Shown: positions 48,444-60,217, numbered from the stretch's first letter. The stretch: 64,000 nt of DNA from Acidobacteriota bacterium (GCA_025456425.1 JALOKP010000026.1:3846-67845), one strand, 5' to 3'. The notes: generated by a model from the letters alone, not told the origin. Translations and numbers: made by a program.

Positions 48444-48995
48444 TTACATCGCCGCGCCCGCCGCCGGGGCCTCCGGTGCGACGCCGGCATCCGGACGGGA
48501 CGGGCGCTCCGGTTCCCCGGCGCGCACCGTCGCGTGCGCAGCGGCCCGGTCGAGCCGCCGCACGACCCGTTCCACCGTGCCCAGCGGCAGCTCGATCCGC
48601 ACCCGGTCGCCGTGTTCGTCGACCTCGACGACCAGCGCGCCCCCCTCGGTCCGGATCCTCACCCGCTCCTCGCGCCGCACGACCGAGACCAGCGTGACGT
48701 CGCCCGCGGTGCCCAGCTCGGCGACCGCCACACGGGCGATCTCGAGCCACGGGCGCGCGTCGTTCAGGGAGCCGGCCAGGGCGTCGTCCGGGACCAGCGC
48801 GAGCGCCAGCCCGACGACGAAACCCGGGACCGCGATCCGGATGTCGTCCCCGCCCTGCTCCTGGACGGCGATCCTCACCGTGCCGCCGCCCGCACGGCCG
48901 GCCGCCGACGCGGCCAGGGCGAACCCTGCGGCCACGGCCAGGAAGAGGGTGACGGCGAGCGCCAGTATCCACTTCGATCCGCGAGTCGTGAGCAT
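48444..48995 (-). CDS. Hypothetical exported protein (paralog of the next gene)
   Basis: GGAGG RBS, signal/TM; VRIAVQE...IRIAVP...VRIELPL. Confidence 0.75.
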   Translation of the reverse strand: MLTTRGSKWILALAVTLFLAVAAGFALAASAAGRAGGGTVRIAVQEQGGDDIRIAVPGFVVGLALALVPDDALAGSLNDARPWLEIARVAVAELGTAGDVTLVSVVRREERVRIRTEGGALVVEVDEHGDRVRIELPLGTVERVVRRLDRAAAHATVRAGEPERPSRPDAGVAPEAPAAGAAM

Positions 48996-49048
48996 CGTGC
49001 CTCCCGGGCCGCGCGGCGCCCGGCGGCGTCGCGCGGAGCAGTCCTGAA

Positions 49049-49627
49049 CTACGGCGCCTCGTTCCGGTCGTCGACCCAGATCCGGACCGTCTCGTCGCCA
49101 TCCTCGACGGTCATCAGTTCGCCCTCGCCGGTGCGCTTCAGTTCACGCAGCGCGGCGACCAGGTCCAGTTCGCCCCGCGCCCCGGGGGCGCCGAACAGCG
49201 CGTCGGCCACCGCCAGCGGGACCTTGACCCGGACCGTCGAGCGCCGGCCCTGTTCGTCCGGCCGCTCCTCGGCCAGCACCAGCAGGAAGCCCTTGTCCTT
49301 GGCGACGCGGACGTGCTCCGAGCGCGACTTCACGGTCACGAACTCGGCATCGGGCGCTTCGCGCACCGCCTTCCACATCGCGGCGAGGTCGACGTCGGCG
49401 TGGTCCTCGAGGTCGAGCACCACCTTGCCGTCGCGCACGTGCTCGTCCGAGACGGCGCCGAGCACGCGGGCGGCGAGATCGAGCGGGACGTTGATCGAGA
49501 CGGTTTCGGGATCGTCCCCGGCCTTCTCGACCCGCACGTGCAGCCAGGCGTCGGCGGCGAGCGCGGGGGCGGGAGAGGGGAGCAGCAGCGCGGCGGCGAG
49601 CGCGACGGCGGCGGTGCGGGCGTTCAT
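49049..49627 (-). CDS. Hypothetical exported protein with an internal duplication
   Basis: GGAGG RBS, signal peptide; LHVRVE...VSINVPL and LLVLAE...VRVKVPL halves. Confidence 0.8.
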   Translation of the reverse strand: MNARTAAVALAAALLLPSPAPALAADAWLHVRVEKAGDDPETVSINVPLDLAARVLGAVSDEHVRDGKVVLDLEDHADVDLAAMWKAVREAPDAEFVTVKSRSEHVRVAKDKGFLLVLAEERPDEQGRRSTVRVKVPLAVADALFGAPGARGELDLVAALRELKRTGEGELMTVEDGDETVRIWVDDRNEAP

Positions 49628-49761
49628 GGTCGAGCCTCCCGGCGGCCGGGGCGGGGGAGCCTGTCCGGCCTCGCCGCTCGAAACGGACCCGGCGCGGGAA
49701 GGTTGCGCGGAAGAAGAACGGGACCGGCGAGCGGCCGCGAGGCGGGTGCGAGCGGTCGCGG

Positions 49762-51987
49762 TCAGGCCGGCGCGGCGAGGACCTCTTCGAGCGCGGCGCG
49801 GAGCTGCTCACGCCCCAGCGGCTTGGCGAGGTAGCCGTCCATGCCGGCCGCCAGGCAGCGGGTCCGATCCTCGGGGAAGGCGTGGGCGGTCAGGGCGATG
49901 ACGGGGACCCTCCGCCCCGAGCCCGCCTCCCGCCGGCGCAGCTCGGCCGTCGCCGCGAGCCCGTCCATCACCGGCATCTGGACATCCATCAGCACGACGT
50001 CGAACGGTTCGGCGGCCAGCGCGTCGAGCGCCTGCCGTCCGTCGCCGGCGAGCGTGGCGGCGTGCCCCTCGCGCTCGAGCAGCCGCGCCACGAGCTTCAG
50101 GTTGACCGGGTTGTCGTCGACCAGCAGCACGCGCAGGCCGCGGCGCGCCGCCGCCCCCGTCTCTCGGCTGGAGGGCGCCGACTCCGGCGCGGCGTCCGCC
50201 GCCGGCAGGTCGATCTCGAAGGCGAAGGTGCTGCCCCGGCCCGGCTCGCTTTCGAGTCCGACCTCGCCCCCCATCTGGCGCACCAGCTGCGAGACGATCG
50301 CGAGCCCGAGGCCCGTCCCGCCGTAGCGGCGGCTGGTCGAGCCGTCGGCCTGCTCGAACGGCCGGAAGATCCGCTGCTGGGCCTCGGGCGCGACCCCGAT
50401 CCCGGTGTCGGCGACGGCGAAGGCCACCCGCCCGGTCCGCGCCCCCGGGCGGACGCGCAGTTCCACGCTCCCCTCGTGCGTGAACTTCATCGCATTGCCG
50501 ACCAGGTTGGTCAGGACCTGGTTCAACCGCCCGCGGTCGCCGACGACGCGCAGGGGAAGCGCCGCGTCGAGCTCGACGCCCAGCGCGAGCCCCTTGCGCC
50601 GGGCCTCCGGGCCGAAGGTCGTCGCCTGCGCCTCGGCCAGCTCGCGCAGCGCGAAAGGCTGCGGGTCGAGTCGCAGCGCCTCGGCCTCGATTTTGGAGAA
50701 GTCGAGGATGTCGTTCAGCAGGGCGAGCAGCCCGAGCGCCGCGGCGTAGGCCGCCGCGAGGTTGTCACGCTGGTCGTCGGCGAGCGGGCTGTCGAGCGTG
50801 TCCGCGGTCAGCCCGATGATCGCGTTCATCGGCGTGCGCAGCTCGTGGCTGACGTTGGCCAGGAAGGCGACGCGGGCTCGGTTCGAGGCCTCGGCCTCGG
50901 TCAGCGCGCGGGCCAGGTCGGCGGTCCGCTCCTCGACCCGACGCTCGAGCCCCAGCCGCGCCTCCTCCAGCGCCTGGCGCGCTCCCGCGAGCGAGCCCAG
51001 GGCGTCGTTGATCGCGGTCCCCAGCTCCGCCAGCTCGTCCCGGCCGCGTACCGTCACCCGGCCGGCGAAGTCCTGCCGCCGCCCGATCCGGCTGACCTCG
51101 TCGTGGAGCCGCTGGACCGGCCGGAGGATCCCGCGATCGAGCAGCACCGCCGTCGTCCCGACCGCCAGCAGCACGACCGCAAGCAGCGACAGCACGAGGT
51201 TCCAGACGGTGCGCATCGCCGCGGCGCGCAGCGGGCGGGCCGCGACCGCCCGCACCTCGAACGCGGGGCGCCGGTCGAGGCCGTCGAGCGCGAACAGGCC
51301 GGCCATCCGGTCGACCCCTTCCACCTCGACCTCCGGGTCGGTCCCGGCGGGAATCCGGCTGCCGGCGGCTGCGGGCGCCGCGAAGGCGACCTCGGCGTCG
51401 GCGCGCGCCGCGAGCGGGGCGAGAAAGCGCTGGTCGAGCCGGCGCACCATGAGCAACGTGCCCGCCGGGGCCGCCGGGTCGCCGATCGGCACCGCCGCGA
51501 CGAGCGCCGGCCCGCCGTCGAACGGAACCGCGCCCGAGCAGGCCCCGGCCGGGTCCCAGCCGGCCGGCCGCGGAGTGCCCGCGAAGCGCCGCGCCAGCGC
51601 CGCCGCCGGGCCCGGGTTCGGCACCTTGGTCCGGTTCCGCAACGCGCTGGCGACGAGTCCATCCCTCGCGTCCAGGATCGCGATCGCGTCGATGTCGAGG
51701 TTCTCGAGGGTCGAGGGGGTCAGATTCTCGTGGACGAAGGCCGCGTCGCGCGAAGCCAGGTAGCGCTCGATGTCGTCCCAACTGGCCCAGTCGCGCGCGC
51801 TCGCCCGCAGCCGGGCCTCCTCGGCCGCGAAGGCCGAGGCGACCAGCGAGACGCGTTGGGCGAAGAGCGCGCGTTCCAGCCGCTCCTGTCCCGCGAGCAG
51901 GCCGCTTGCCGACAGGACCGCCACCCCGGCGGCGAGCGCCGCCGCGGGCAGGGCCAGGATCAGCAGTGCCCGGGTGCGTATCCGCAC
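49762..51987 (-). CDS. Hybrid sensor histidine kinase (CHASE4-like, HAMP, HisKA, HATPase, receiver)
   Basis: DWASWDD CHASE4-like motif, [32 protein letters not shown]...LMDVQMP. Confidence 0.92.
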   Translation of the reverse strand: MRIRTRALLILALPAAALAAGVAVLSASGLLAGQERLERALFAQRVSLVASAFAAEEARLRASARDWASWDDIERYLASRDAAFVHENLTPSTLENLDIDAIAILDARDGLVASALRNRTKVPNPGPAAALARRFAGTPRPAGWDPAGACSGAVPFDGGPALVAAVPIGDPAAPAGTLLMVRRLDQRFLAPLAARADAEVAFAAPAAAGSRIPAGTDPEVEVEGVDRMAGLFALDGLDRRPAFEVRAVAARPLRAAAMRTVWNLVLSLLAVVLLAVGTTAVLLDRGILRPVQRLHDEVSRIGRRQDFAGRVTVRGRDELAELGTAINDALGSLAGARQALEEARLGLERRVEERTADLARALTEAEASNRARVAFLANVSHELRTPMNAIIGLTADTLDSPLADDQRDNLAAAYAAALGLLALLNDILDFSKIEAEALRLDPQPFALRELAEAQATTFGPEARRKGLALGVELDAALPLRVVGDRGRLNQVLTNLVGNAMKFTHEGSVELRVRPGARTGRVAFAVADTGIGVAPEAQQRIFRPFEQADGSTSRRYGGTGLGLAIVSQLVRQMGGEVGLESEPGRGSTFAFEIDLPAADAAPESAPSSRETGAAARRGLRVLLVDDNPVNLKLVARLLEREGHAATLAGDGRQALDALAAEPFDVVLMDVQMPVMDGLAATAELRRREAGSGRRVPVIALTAHAFPEDRTRCLAAGMDGYLAKPLGREQLRAALEEVLAAPA

Positions 51988-52156
51988 GGGCCCCCCTTCC
52001 GTTCCGTCGGCGCCCCCCCAACGGGCACCGGCCGTGCGAGGCGAAGCTAGGTTCGGCGCCGGCCGGCGGTCCACCCCGGCCCGGTCCGGGAGGCCCCGGA
52101 CCCCCGCCCCCCGGGAGCGCGCGGGCCGGAGGGGCTACCCTGTGCGGTCGCCCCCG

Positions 52157-53953
52157 ATGCCGATCGCACCCGCACCGCGCCGCCTCGTCCAGCTGCTGCG
52201 CCCCGAGCGCGGCCGCTACGCCTTCGGCTTGCTCTCGCTGCTGGTCGTCAACCTGACCGACGTGCTGGCCCCGCTCTTCCTGGCGGTGGCGATCGACCGG
52301 GTCGCGGCGGCTTCGACCGGGCAGCCGGCCGCCGTCCCGCGGCTCCTGGGCTGGCTCGGGCTGACCGGCGCGACGCACTCGGTCGGGGCTGCAATCGCCG
52401 CCTACGTGGCGATCGCCCTGGTCTCGAACCTGTTCCGCTACCCGATGCTGATGAACGTCTCGGTCCCGTCGCACCGCGTCGTGCAGGGGGTCCGGCGCGC
52501 GCTGGTCGAGCACCTGCTGCGGCTGGCGCGGCCGTTCTACGACCGCTCGCGCACGGGGGATCTGATGTCGCTCGCCACCTCCGACAGCCAGGCCCTGCGG
52601 ATGGCGCTGGGCCCGGGGGTGCTGCTGCTGATCGACACCGCGCTGCTGGTCGGCCTCGTGCTGGGGACGATGGCCACGCTGTCGGTTCCGCTGACGCTGG
52701 CGGCGCTGCTCCCGCTGCCGGCGATCGCGCTCCTCACGCAACGGTTCTCGCACGCCGAGTTCGCGCGCTTCGGGGCGGTGCAGGAGGACCTGGCGCGGCT
52801 GACCGAGCGGGCCCGCGAGACCTACGCCGGGATCCGGGTGCTGCAGGGGTTCGCGCGCGAGGAGTTCGAGCGCGCGCGCTTCGCCGCCGACTCGCGCCGC
52901 CACTTCGGGCTCAACCTGCGGCTGGCGCGGATCCGCAGCCTGTTCGACCCGTCGCTCGAGTTCTTCCTGGGGCTCTCGACGCTCTTCGTGCTGATTGCGG
53001 GCGGCGTGCAGATGGCCCAGGGGGCGCTCTCGGTCGGCGCCTTCACCGCCTTCCTCTACCTGGTGGGCCAGCTCTCCGGCCCGATGATCGGCTTCGGCTG
53101 GGCCGTCTCGCTGATGCAGCGCGGCCGCAAGTCGCTGGAGCGCATCGACGGGCTGTTGGCCGAGCCGGTCGAGATCGAGGACGCACCGGACGCGGTCGAG
53201 GCGGCGGGACCGGGGCGGCTCGAGGTCGAGGACCTGCGCTTCCGCTACGCCGGGGCCCCCGCCCCCGCGCTCGACGGCGTCTCGTTCACGCTGCCGGCGG
53301 GCAGGACGCTGGGCGTGATCGGCCCGGTCGGCGGCGGCAAGTCGACTCTGGCCGCGCTGCTGGCCCGGCTCTACGAGCCGCCGCCGGGCGCGATCCGGCT
53401 CGACGGCGTCGACGTCCGGCGCCTGACGCTCGCCTCGCTGCGCGGCGCGATTGCGGTCGCACCCCAGGAGACCTTCCTGTTCGGCGACACCGTGCTGAGC
53501 AACATTGCACTCGCCGCCGCGCCCGACGCGCGCGACGCGCGGCGCCTGGCGCGGCTGGCCGCGATCGACGACGAGATCGAGGCGCTGCCCGAGGGCTACG
53601 CCACGCTGCTCGGCGAGCGGGGGGTCAACCTCTCGGGCGGCCAGCGCCAGCGGCTGGCGATCGCCCGCGCGGTCGGGGCCGCACCGCGCGTGCTGGTGCT
53701 CGACGACTGTCTGGCTGCGGTCGACGCCGCGACCGAGGCCGAGATCCTGGCCAATCTCGACGAGGCGCTGGCAGGCCGCAGCGGGATCGTGATCAGCCAG
53801 CGCGTCCGCGCCGTCCGGCGCTGCGACGAGATCCTGGTGCTCGACGGCGGGCGCGTGACCGAGCGCGGCACCCACACCGAGTTGCTCGCGCGCGGCGGCT
53901 GGTACGCCGCGGTGGCTCGGGCCCAGGCCCGGATCGAGGAGGGCGCCCCGTGA
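52157..53953 (+). CDS. ABC exporter half (TMD+NBD), MdlA-like, with degenerate catalytic residues
   Basis: GPVGGGKST, LSGGQRQR, Walker B LVLDD (E to D), switch ISQR (H to Q). Confidence 0.92.
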   Translation: MPIAPAPRRLVQLLRPERGRYAFGLLSLLVVNLTDVLAPLFLAVAIDRVAAASTGQPAAVPRLLGWLGLTGATHSVGAAIAAYVAIALVSNLFRYPMLMNVSVPSHRVVQGVRRALVEHLLRLARPFYDRSRTGDLMSLATSDSQALRMALGPGVLLLIDTALLVGLVLGTMATLSVPLTLAALLPLPAIALLTQRFSHAEFARFGAVQEDLARLTERARETYAGIRVLQGFAREEFERARFAADSRRHFGLNLRLARIRSLFDPSLEFFLGLSTLFVLIAGGVQMAQGALSVGAFTAFLYLVGQLSGPMIGFGWAVSLMQRGRKSLERIDGLLAEPVEIEDAPDAVEAAGPGRLEVEDLRFRYAGAPAPALDGVSFTLPAGRTLGVIGPVGGGKSTLAALLARLYEPPPGAIRLDGVDVRRLTLASLRGAIAVAPQETFLFGDTVLSNIALAAAPDARDARRLARLAAIDDEIEALPEGYATLLGERGVNLSGGQRQRLAIARAVGAAPRVLVLDDCLAAVDAATEAEILANLDEALAGRSGIVISQRVRAVRRCDEILVLDGGRVTERGTHTELLARGGWYAAVARAQARIEEGAP

Positions 53954-55839
53954 GCGGCCGCGCCACCCCCGCGCCGCGCGATCCCGTGCTGGAGCGGATG
54001 ATCGCCGAGGAGCGGGTCGAGTCCCGGCTGCTCGACGCAGCCCTGCTGCGCCGCTTCGCGCGGTCGCTGGGGCCCCATCCCGGGCTGGTCGCGGCGGCGC
54101 TGCTGCTGGCGCTGGCCGAGGCGCTGACGATGACGCTGCCAGCCTGGATGATCGGGCTGGCGGTCGATCGGCTGACCGCCGCGCCGCGCCCTGGCTCGCC
54201 ATTCGAGCAAGCGGTGCTCGCCGCCGCCGACGCGCTGGGCCGCCTGCTCGCCGCGATCGGTCCGCGGGCGGCGCTGGTCGGGGGGCTGGGCCTGCTGATC
54301 TTCCTGGCCTGGGCGCTGCGCTGGGCGATCGCGGTCGTGACCTCCTACATCGTGCAGTGGCTGGGCCAGGCGATCGTCCACGATCTCCGGGTCGAGGTCT
54401 TCCACCGGATCACCGGGATGGACGCCGGCTGGTTCGCGATCCACCCGGTCGGCCGGCTGGTCAACCGCACCACCTTCGACGTCCAGGCGCTGGCCGAGCT
54501 GTTCTCCGACGCCTTCGCCCAGGGGGTGCGCGACCTGTTCTTCGTCGTCGTGCTGGGAGCGGTGATGTGCGCGCTGGACGTCCCGTTGGCGGCGATCCTG
54601 GTCGGGACCTTCCCGCCGCTGGTGGCGATCGCCTGGGGCTACCGCCGGCTGGCGCGGGGGCCGCTGCGGACCAACGCGGCGGTCCAGTCGCGGATGAACG
54701 CCTGGCTGGCCGAGAACCTGGCCGGGATGCGCGAGAACCACCTCTACCGCGCCGAGCCGCGGCGCCGCGCCGAGTTCGCCGCGCTGACCGACGCGCACCA
54801 GGCCTCGATCACCGAGGTCGTGCGGGCCTGGGCCCTGCTGCGCCCGGCGATGCTGACGGTCACGGCACTGGCGACGGCGCTGGTCCTCCTGGTCGGCCAG
54901 CAGCGCGTGGCGGCAGGGATGATCTCGGTCGGACTGCTGCTCACCTTCCTGCAGTACACGACGCGCCTCTGGATCCCGGTCCGAAACCTGACCGAGAAGT
55001 TCAACACGATCCAGGCCGCGCTGACCGCGGCCGAGCGGATCGCGGCGGTGCTCGACGCGCGCCCGTCGATCGCCGACCTCCCGCAGGCCGACCCGGCGCT
55101 GCGCGTGCGCGAGGGGACGGTCCGCTTCGAGGGGGTCCGCTTCACTTACCCGGGCCAGCCGCGGCCGGCGCTCGACGGGGTCGACCTCGAGGCCGGGCGC
55201 GGCGAGATGGTCGCGCTGGTCGGCGACACCGGGGCGGGGAAGACGACGGTGGCCAAGCTGGTCTCGCGGGTCCACGACCCGGACGCGGGGCGGGTCCTGA
55301 TCGACGGCCGCGACGCGCGCGACTACGCCCTGCAGCAGCTGCGCGGCGGCATGGCCGCCGTGCCGCAGGATGTGGTGGTCTTCGCCGGCTCGCTGCGCGA
55401 GAACGCGACGCTCGGGCTCGAGGTGCCGGAGCCGCGGGTCCGCGAGTGCCTGGCCGCGGTCGGGCTCGAGCCGCTGGTCGAGCGCCTCGGAGGGCTGGAC
55501 GCGCCGCTCGAGGAGGGGGGGCGCAACCTCTCGGCCGGCGAGCGCCAGCTCCTTTCCTTCGCCCGCGCCCTGGTGCGCGACGCCCCGCTGCTGATCCTCG
55601 ACGAGGCGACGGCGAACGTCGACTCCGAGACCGAGCTGCTGCTCCAGCGGGCGCTGGCCCGACTGACCACGGGCCGGACCAGCCTCGTGATCGCCCACCG
55701 GCTCTCGACGATCCGCCACGCCGACCGGATCCTCGTGCTCTCCGGCGGCCGAATCGTCGAAGAGGGGACGCACGAGGCCCTGCTCGCCCGGGGGGGGGAG
55801 TACAGTCGCCTGGTCGGGGATCGGGACCAGACCTCCTAA
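53950..55839 (+). CDS. ABC exporter half (TMD+NBD), MdlB-like
   Basis: GDTGAGKTT, LSAGERQL, LILDEAT, IAHRLST; GTGA overlap. Confidence 0.92.
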   Translation: MSGRATPAPRDPVLERMIAEERVESRLLDAALLRRFARSLGPHPGLVAAALLLALAEALTMTLPAWMIGLAVDRLTAAPRPGSPFEQAVLAAADALGRLLAAIGPRAALVGGLGLLIFLAWALRWAIAVVTSYIVQWLGQAIVHDLRVEVFHRITGMDAGWFAIHPVGRLVNRTTFDVQALAELFSDAFAQGVRDLFFVVVLGAVMCALDVPLAAILVGTFPPLVAIAWGYRRLARGPLRTNAAVQSRMNAWLAENLAGMRENHLYRAEPRRRAEFAALTDAHQASITEVVRAWALLRPAMLTVTALATALVLLVGQQRVAAGMISVGLLLTFLQYTTRLWIPVRNLTEKFNTIQAALTAAERIAAVLDARPSIADLPQADPALRVREGTVRFEGVRFTYPGQPRPALDGVDLEAGRGEMVALVGDTGAGKTTVAKLVSRVHDPDAGRVLIDGRDARDYALQQLRGGMAAVPQDVVVFAGSLRENATLGLEVPEPRVRECLAAVGLEPLVERLGGLDAPLEEGGRNLSAGERQLLSFARALVRDAPLLILDEATANVDSETELLLQRALARLTTGRTSLVIAHRLSTIRHADRILVLSGGRIVEEGTHEALLARGGEYSRLVGDRDQTS

Positions 55840-55840
55840 C

Positions 55841-56017
55841 CCACGGTGGCCGCGAGCGTGTTGGTGAATCCCCCCTAATTCGCACAGGTGTAAGCACTTA
55901 CGCCCGGGTCCACGGTACGCCCGCAGCGTCCCCACGCCAGACCCCGGCTCGCAGCGGGCTAACGCCCATCTGAGCCCCAACGCGCGAGCGGCGCCAACAG
56001 GCTTGCGGCCACCGTGG
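55841..56017. repeat. 177-bp element bounded by 26-bp imperfect inverted repeats (copy 2)
   Basis: CCACGGTGGCCGCGAGCGTGTTGGTG (55841-55866) and CGCCAACAGGCTTGCGGCCACCGTGG (55992-56017) are 23/26 complementary. Confidence 0.85.
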
Positions 56018-56109
56018 GCGCCCGCCCCCGTCCGGGCCTTTCCGTCCCCCGCGACCCATATTCGGATCGGCGGCCGAGAGCCGCCTCGAGGCCTCGGGAC
56101 CCGATCGAG

Positions 56110-59100
56110 ATGGCGTACTCCGCGATTCGCCGCCCCCCCGGCACGCGCGCCGTGTGCCGCGCGCTCGCCGCCGTCGCCTGCGCGCTCGCCGCGGCCGGCC
56201 CGGCCGCGCTCGGGCTGGACCCCGAACGCGGCATCACTCAGTTCACGCAGCGCGGCTGGAGCGCCGAGCAGGGGCTGCCGCAGAACTCGGTGACCGCAAT
56301 TGTGCAGGGACGCTTCGGCTACCTCTGGTTGGGAACGCAGGAGGGGCTGGTCCGATTCGACGGCGCGTCCTTCCAGGTCTTCAACCGCCGCAACACGCCG
56401 GCGCTCAGCACTCACACCATCACCGCGCTCGCGGTCGGTTCGAAGGGCGATATCTGGATCGGGACCGAGGGCGGCCTGGTGCGGCGAACGGACCACGGCT
56501 TTGTCCGCTTCGGTCTGCCCGAGGGGCTGCCCAGCGAGCAGATCGTCGCGCTCGCCGCGCCGCCCGACGGCTCGATCTGGATCGGGACCGCCGACGCGGG
56601 GCTGGCCCGCCTCAAGGGGCGCAAGATCACCCGCTATGGGCGCGCCGACGGGTTGCCCGACGACCGGGTCCGCGCGCTCACGCTGGCGCCCGACGGCAGC
56701 CTCTGGGTCGGCACCGCGGCCGGGCTGGCGCGCTGGGAGAAGGGGCGGATCCGCCCCGTCGGCCCCGATCAGGGGGTGCCGGCGACCGACATCCGCGCGG
56801 TGATGGCGGCGCTCGACGGCTCGCTCTGGTTCGGCACCGGCGACGGACTCGGCCGGCTGTACCGGGGCCAGGTGACACACTTCGGCGAGGCCGCGGGACT
56901 GCGCCGCACGCGCGTCCAGGCGCTGGCCGAGGACGCCGAGGGGATGCTCTGGGTCGGGACCCAGGGGGGCGGCGTAGCGCGGCTGAAGGACGGCCGTTTC
57001 GAGCACTTCGGCACGCCCGAGGGGCTCGCGCACGACGACGTCATCTCGCTCGGGACAGACCGCGAGGGAAACCTCTGGGTCGGGACCGACGGCGGCGGCC
57101 TGCACCGCCTTTCGGACGGCGCCTTCACGACCCTGACGCGCAAGCAGGGACTGCCGGTCGACGACGCGTGGACCGTCTTCCAGGACCGTCGCGGGCGGCT
57201 CTGGGTCGGGACCAACGGCGGCGGGCTGGCGGTGATCGAGCGGGGGCGGGTCCGGCGGATCGAGATCCCTCCCGTGGCCGGAGTCGACGGCGCGGTCGTC
57301 GGCGCGATCGCCGAGGACCCGAGCGGCGCGATCTGGGCCGGCCTCGCGCAGGAGGGCCTGCTGCGGATCGACCGCTCGGGCGCGGTCCGCGTCTTCACCT
57401 CCAGGGACGGGCTCCGGCCGCGCCGGATCAACGCGATCGTCCCGCGCGCGGCGGGCGGGCTGTGGATCGGCTTCGACGATCGCGGCGACCTGCAATGCCA
57501 TGACGGCGGGCGGTTCTTCGCCTGCGCCCCGCCGCGGGCAGTAAGCCGCACCGTGCGGGCGCTGCTCGAGCGGCCCGACGGGACGCTCTGGATCGGCACC
57601 GAGGGGGACGGGCTGGTCGCGCTGAAGGACGGCCGCGAGCGGACCTGGTCGCTGGCCGAGGGGCTGCCTTCCGCGCGCGTGCTCGCGCTCTACGCCGAGC
57701 CCGACGGCACGCTCTGGATCGGGACCGACGGCGGTGGCCTGGCCCGCCTGCGCGGCGAACAACTCGATCATGTCGACGCCGGCAGCGGGTTGTTCGACGA
57801 CATCGTCTTCTCGATCGTCGACGACGGGCGCGACGCGCTCTGGCTGGCCTCCAACCGCGGCGTCTTCCGGATGCCCAAGCGCGCCTTCGACGCGATGGCG
57901 GCCGGCCAGGTGCCGCATCCCGCCGGCCAGGCCTACGGTACCGCCGACGGGATGCGCAGCGCCGAGTGCAACGGCGGCTACCAGCCCGCCGCGACGCGCG
58001 GGGCCGACGGCCGGCTCTGGTTCCCGACGGTCAAGGGGATCGTCGTGACCGACCCGTCCCGCGACTCCGCGGGCGGCGTCCCGCCACAGGTGCTGATCGA
58101 GCGGGTCGAGGCCGGCCACCAGGTCCAGCCGCTCGCGGCCACCAGCCGCCTGCCGGTCGGCGTGCGCGACCTCGAGATCGGCTACGTGGGAATCTCGCTC
58201 AAGGCGCCGGAGAAGGTCCGCTACCGCTACATCCTCGAGGGCTTTGACAAGGAGTGGATCGACGCCGGCGACCGCCGCACGGCCTTCTACACCAACCTGC
58301 CGCCCGGCGAGTACACCTTCCGCGTCGTGGCCAGCAACGCGGCCGGGCGCTGGAGCGAGTCGGGAGCGGCGCAGGCGATCATCGTGCCGCCGATGTTCCA
58401 CGAGACCTGGGCCTTCTACGTGCTCGTGGGCTCGCTCGCGGTCGCCCTGTTCTCGGGGGTCTATCTCGCCCGCATCCTCAAGCTGAACCGCCACAACCGG
58501 AAGCTCGAGGAGCGCGTCGCCGGGCGGACGGTCGAGCTGCGGCGCCAGGCCGAGCAGCTCGCGGCGGCCAACGTCGAGCTGCAGGCCGCGCGCGAGCAGT
58601 CCGAGGCTGCGAACCACGCCAAGAGCGAGTTCCTGGCGACGATGAGCCACGAGATCCGCACCCCGATGAACGGCATCATCGGGATGACCGAGCTGGCGCT
58701 CGGCACCGAGCTGTCGCCCGAGCAGCGCGAGTACCTCGACCTGGTCAAGCTCTCGGCCCACTCGCTGCTGCGCCTGCTCAACGACATCCTCGACCTGTCC
58801 AAGGTCGATGCGGGGAAGCTGCAGCTCCGCCAGGAGGAGTTCCCGCTGCGCGAGCGGCTGGGGGACGCGGTCAAGGGCCTGGCCTGCCACGCCTTCGAGA
58901 AGGAGCTGGAGCTGGTCTTCCGCGTCGCGCCCGACGTCCCCGACCGGTTGATCGGAGACGAGGGTCGGTTCCGCCAGGTGCTGGTCAACCTGGTCGGCAA
59001 CGCGATCAAGTTCACCGCGCGCGGCGAGGTCGCGATCGAGGTGGCGGCGCGCGAGCGCGGTGAGAACGACGTGCTGCTGGCCTGCACCGTGCGCGACACC

Positions 59101-60186
59101 GGGATCGGGATCCCGCGCGAAAAGCTGGCGCTGATCTTCGAGCCGTTCCGCCAGGTCGACGGCTCGCACACCCGCAGCTACGGCGGCACCGGCCTGGGGC
59201 TGACGATCTCGCGCCGGATGGCCGAGCTGATGGGCGGCGACCTGAGGGTCCAGAGCGAGCCGGGCCGGGGCAGCAGCTTCGAGCTGACGATGCGCTTCGG
59301 GATCGCCGACGCGACCGGCGAGCCGGCCACGGACCGCGACCTGGCGACGCTCTCGGGCGCCCGCGTGCTGGTCGTCGACGACAACGCAACCGCCTGCGCC
59401 CAGCTGGTCGCGCAGCTCTCGGAGTGGGGGCTGCGGGCCGGCGGCGCCAACTCCTCCGAGGACGCGCGGGCCGTGCTGGCGCGGGCGCTCGAGGAGCACG
59501 ACCCGTACGTCCTGGCGCTGGTCGACGAGCGGCTGGGGAGCGAGCCCGGTTTCGCCTTCGCCCGGGCGCTCTCCCACCACCCCCGGCTGCCCGAGCTGCA
59601 CACCGTCTACCTCGCGGTGCTGGCGCCTCACACCGGCGGCCTACCCCAGACCGAGCCCGGCCGCAGCTCGCTGCTGACCAAGCCGGTCACCGCTTCCGAG
59701 TTGCGGCGCGCGCTGGTCGAGGCGATGGGCGTGCCCGCGCCCGCCCGCGCCTACGAGGTCGACGAGAGCGCCTCGACCGGCGGGATCTCACGCCCGCTCT
59801 CGGTCCTGGTGGCCGAGGACCACCCCGTGAACCAGCGCCTGGTGACGCGGCTGCTGGAGAAGGCCGGGCACACCGTGACCGTGGTGGCCAACGGCCGCGA
59901 GGCGGTCGAGGCCTACGGGTGCGGCCCGTTCGACGTCGTGCTGATGGACGTCCAGATGCCCGAGATGGACGGGCTGGCCGCGACCCGCGCGATCCGCGCG
60001 ATCGAGGCGGTGCGCGGCGGCCGGGTCCCGATCGTCGCGATGACCGCGCGCGCGATGGAGCGCGACCGCGAGGAGTGCCTGGCCGCCGGGATGGACGGCC
60101 ACCTCCCCAAGCCGATCCAGCCGCGCGAGCTGCGGGCCTACCTGCGGCGGCTGGCCACCAGTCCGCAGCCGCCCGTCCCGGCGTAG
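56110..60186 (+). CDS. Hybrid sensor histidine kinase with Reg_prop beta-propeller repeats, Y_Y_Y domain, HisKA, HATPase and two receivers
   Basis: Many GLP...DGxLWxGT repeats, YRYILEG...[35 protein letters not shown]...LMDVQMP. Start uncertain. Confidence 0.94.
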   Translation: MAYSAIRRPPGTRAVCRALAAVACALAAAGPAALGLDPERGITQFTQRGWSAEQGLPQNSVTAIVQGRFGYLWLGTQEGLVRFDGASFQVFNRRNTPALSTHTITALAVGSKGDIWIGTEGGLVRRTDHGFVRFGLPEGLPSEQIVALAAPPDGSIWIGTADAGLARLKGRKITRYGRADGLPDDRVRALTLAPDGSLWVGTAAGLARWEKGRIRPVGPDQGVPATDIRAVMAALDGSLWFGTGDGLGRLYRGQVTHFGEAAGLRRTRVQALAEDAEGMLWVGTQGGGVARLKDGRFEHFGTPEGLAHDDVISLGTDREGNLWVGTDGGGLHRLSDGAFTTLTRKQGLPVDDAWTVFQDRRGRLWVGTNGGGLAVIERGRVRRIEIPPVAGVDGAVVGAIAEDPSGAIWAGLAQEGLLRIDRSGAVRVFTSRDGLRPRRINAIVPRAAGGLWIGFDDRGDLQCHDGGRFFACAPPRAVSRTVRALLERPDGTLWIGTEGDGLVALKDGRERTWSLAEGLPSARVLALYAEPDGTLWIGTDGGGLARLRGEQLDHVDAGSGLFDDIVFSIVDDGRDALWLASNRGVFRMPKRAFDAMAAGQVPHPAGQAYGTADGMRSAECNGGYQPAATRGADGRLWFPTVKGIVVTDPSRDSAGGVPPQVLIERVEAGHQVQPLAATSRLPVGVRDLEIGYVGISLKAPEKVRYRYILEGFDKEWIDAGDRRTAFYTNLPPGEYTFRVVASNAAGRWSESGAAQAIIVPPMFHETWAFYVLVGSLAVALFSGVYLARILKLNRHNRKLEERVAGRTVELRRQAEQLAAANVELQAAREQSEAANHAKSEFLATMSHEIRTPMNGIIGMTELALGTELSPEQREYLDLVKLSAHSLLRLLNDILDLSKVDAGKLQLRQEEFPLRERLGDAVKGLACHAFEKELELVFRVAPDVPDRLIGDEGRFRQVLVNLVGNAIKFTARGEVAIEVAARERGENDVLLACTVRDTGIGIPREKLALIFEPFRQVDGSHTRSYGGTGLGLTISRRMAELMGGDLRVQSEPGRGSSFELTMRFGIADATGEPATDRDLATLSGARVLVVDDNATACAQLVAQLSEWGLRAGGANSSEDARAVLARALEEHDPYVLALVDERLGSEPGFAFARALSHHPRLPELHTVYLAVLAPHTGGLPQTEPGRSSLLTKPVTASELRRALVEAMGVPAPARAYEVDESASTGGISRPLSVLVAEDHPVNQRLVTRLLEKAGHTVTVVANGREAVEAYGCGPFDVVLMDVQMPEMDGLAATRAIRAIEAVRGGRVPIVAMTARAMERDREECLAAGMDGHLPKPIQPRELRAYLRRLATSPQPPVPA

Positions 60187-60217
60187 CGCGCCGTCCGGCG
60201 CGCGCTCCCGGCCGCGC

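Noticed and set aside
55875..55910. CGCACAGG resembling the start of a c-di-GMP-I riboswitch
   Set aside because: Lacks the following GCAAA/GNRA tetraloop and receptor elements.
56270..58060. Repeated GLP...LWIGT units as a novel repeat
   Set aside because: Ordinary Reg_prop beta-propeller blades of a known sensor type.
53596..59631. 2011-aa minus-strand ORF and other very long ORFs (13000-18045, 50765-54202, 5' part of 35902-40212)
   Set aside because: Antisense or off-frame shadows of well-supported genes, expected at this GC content; no motifs.
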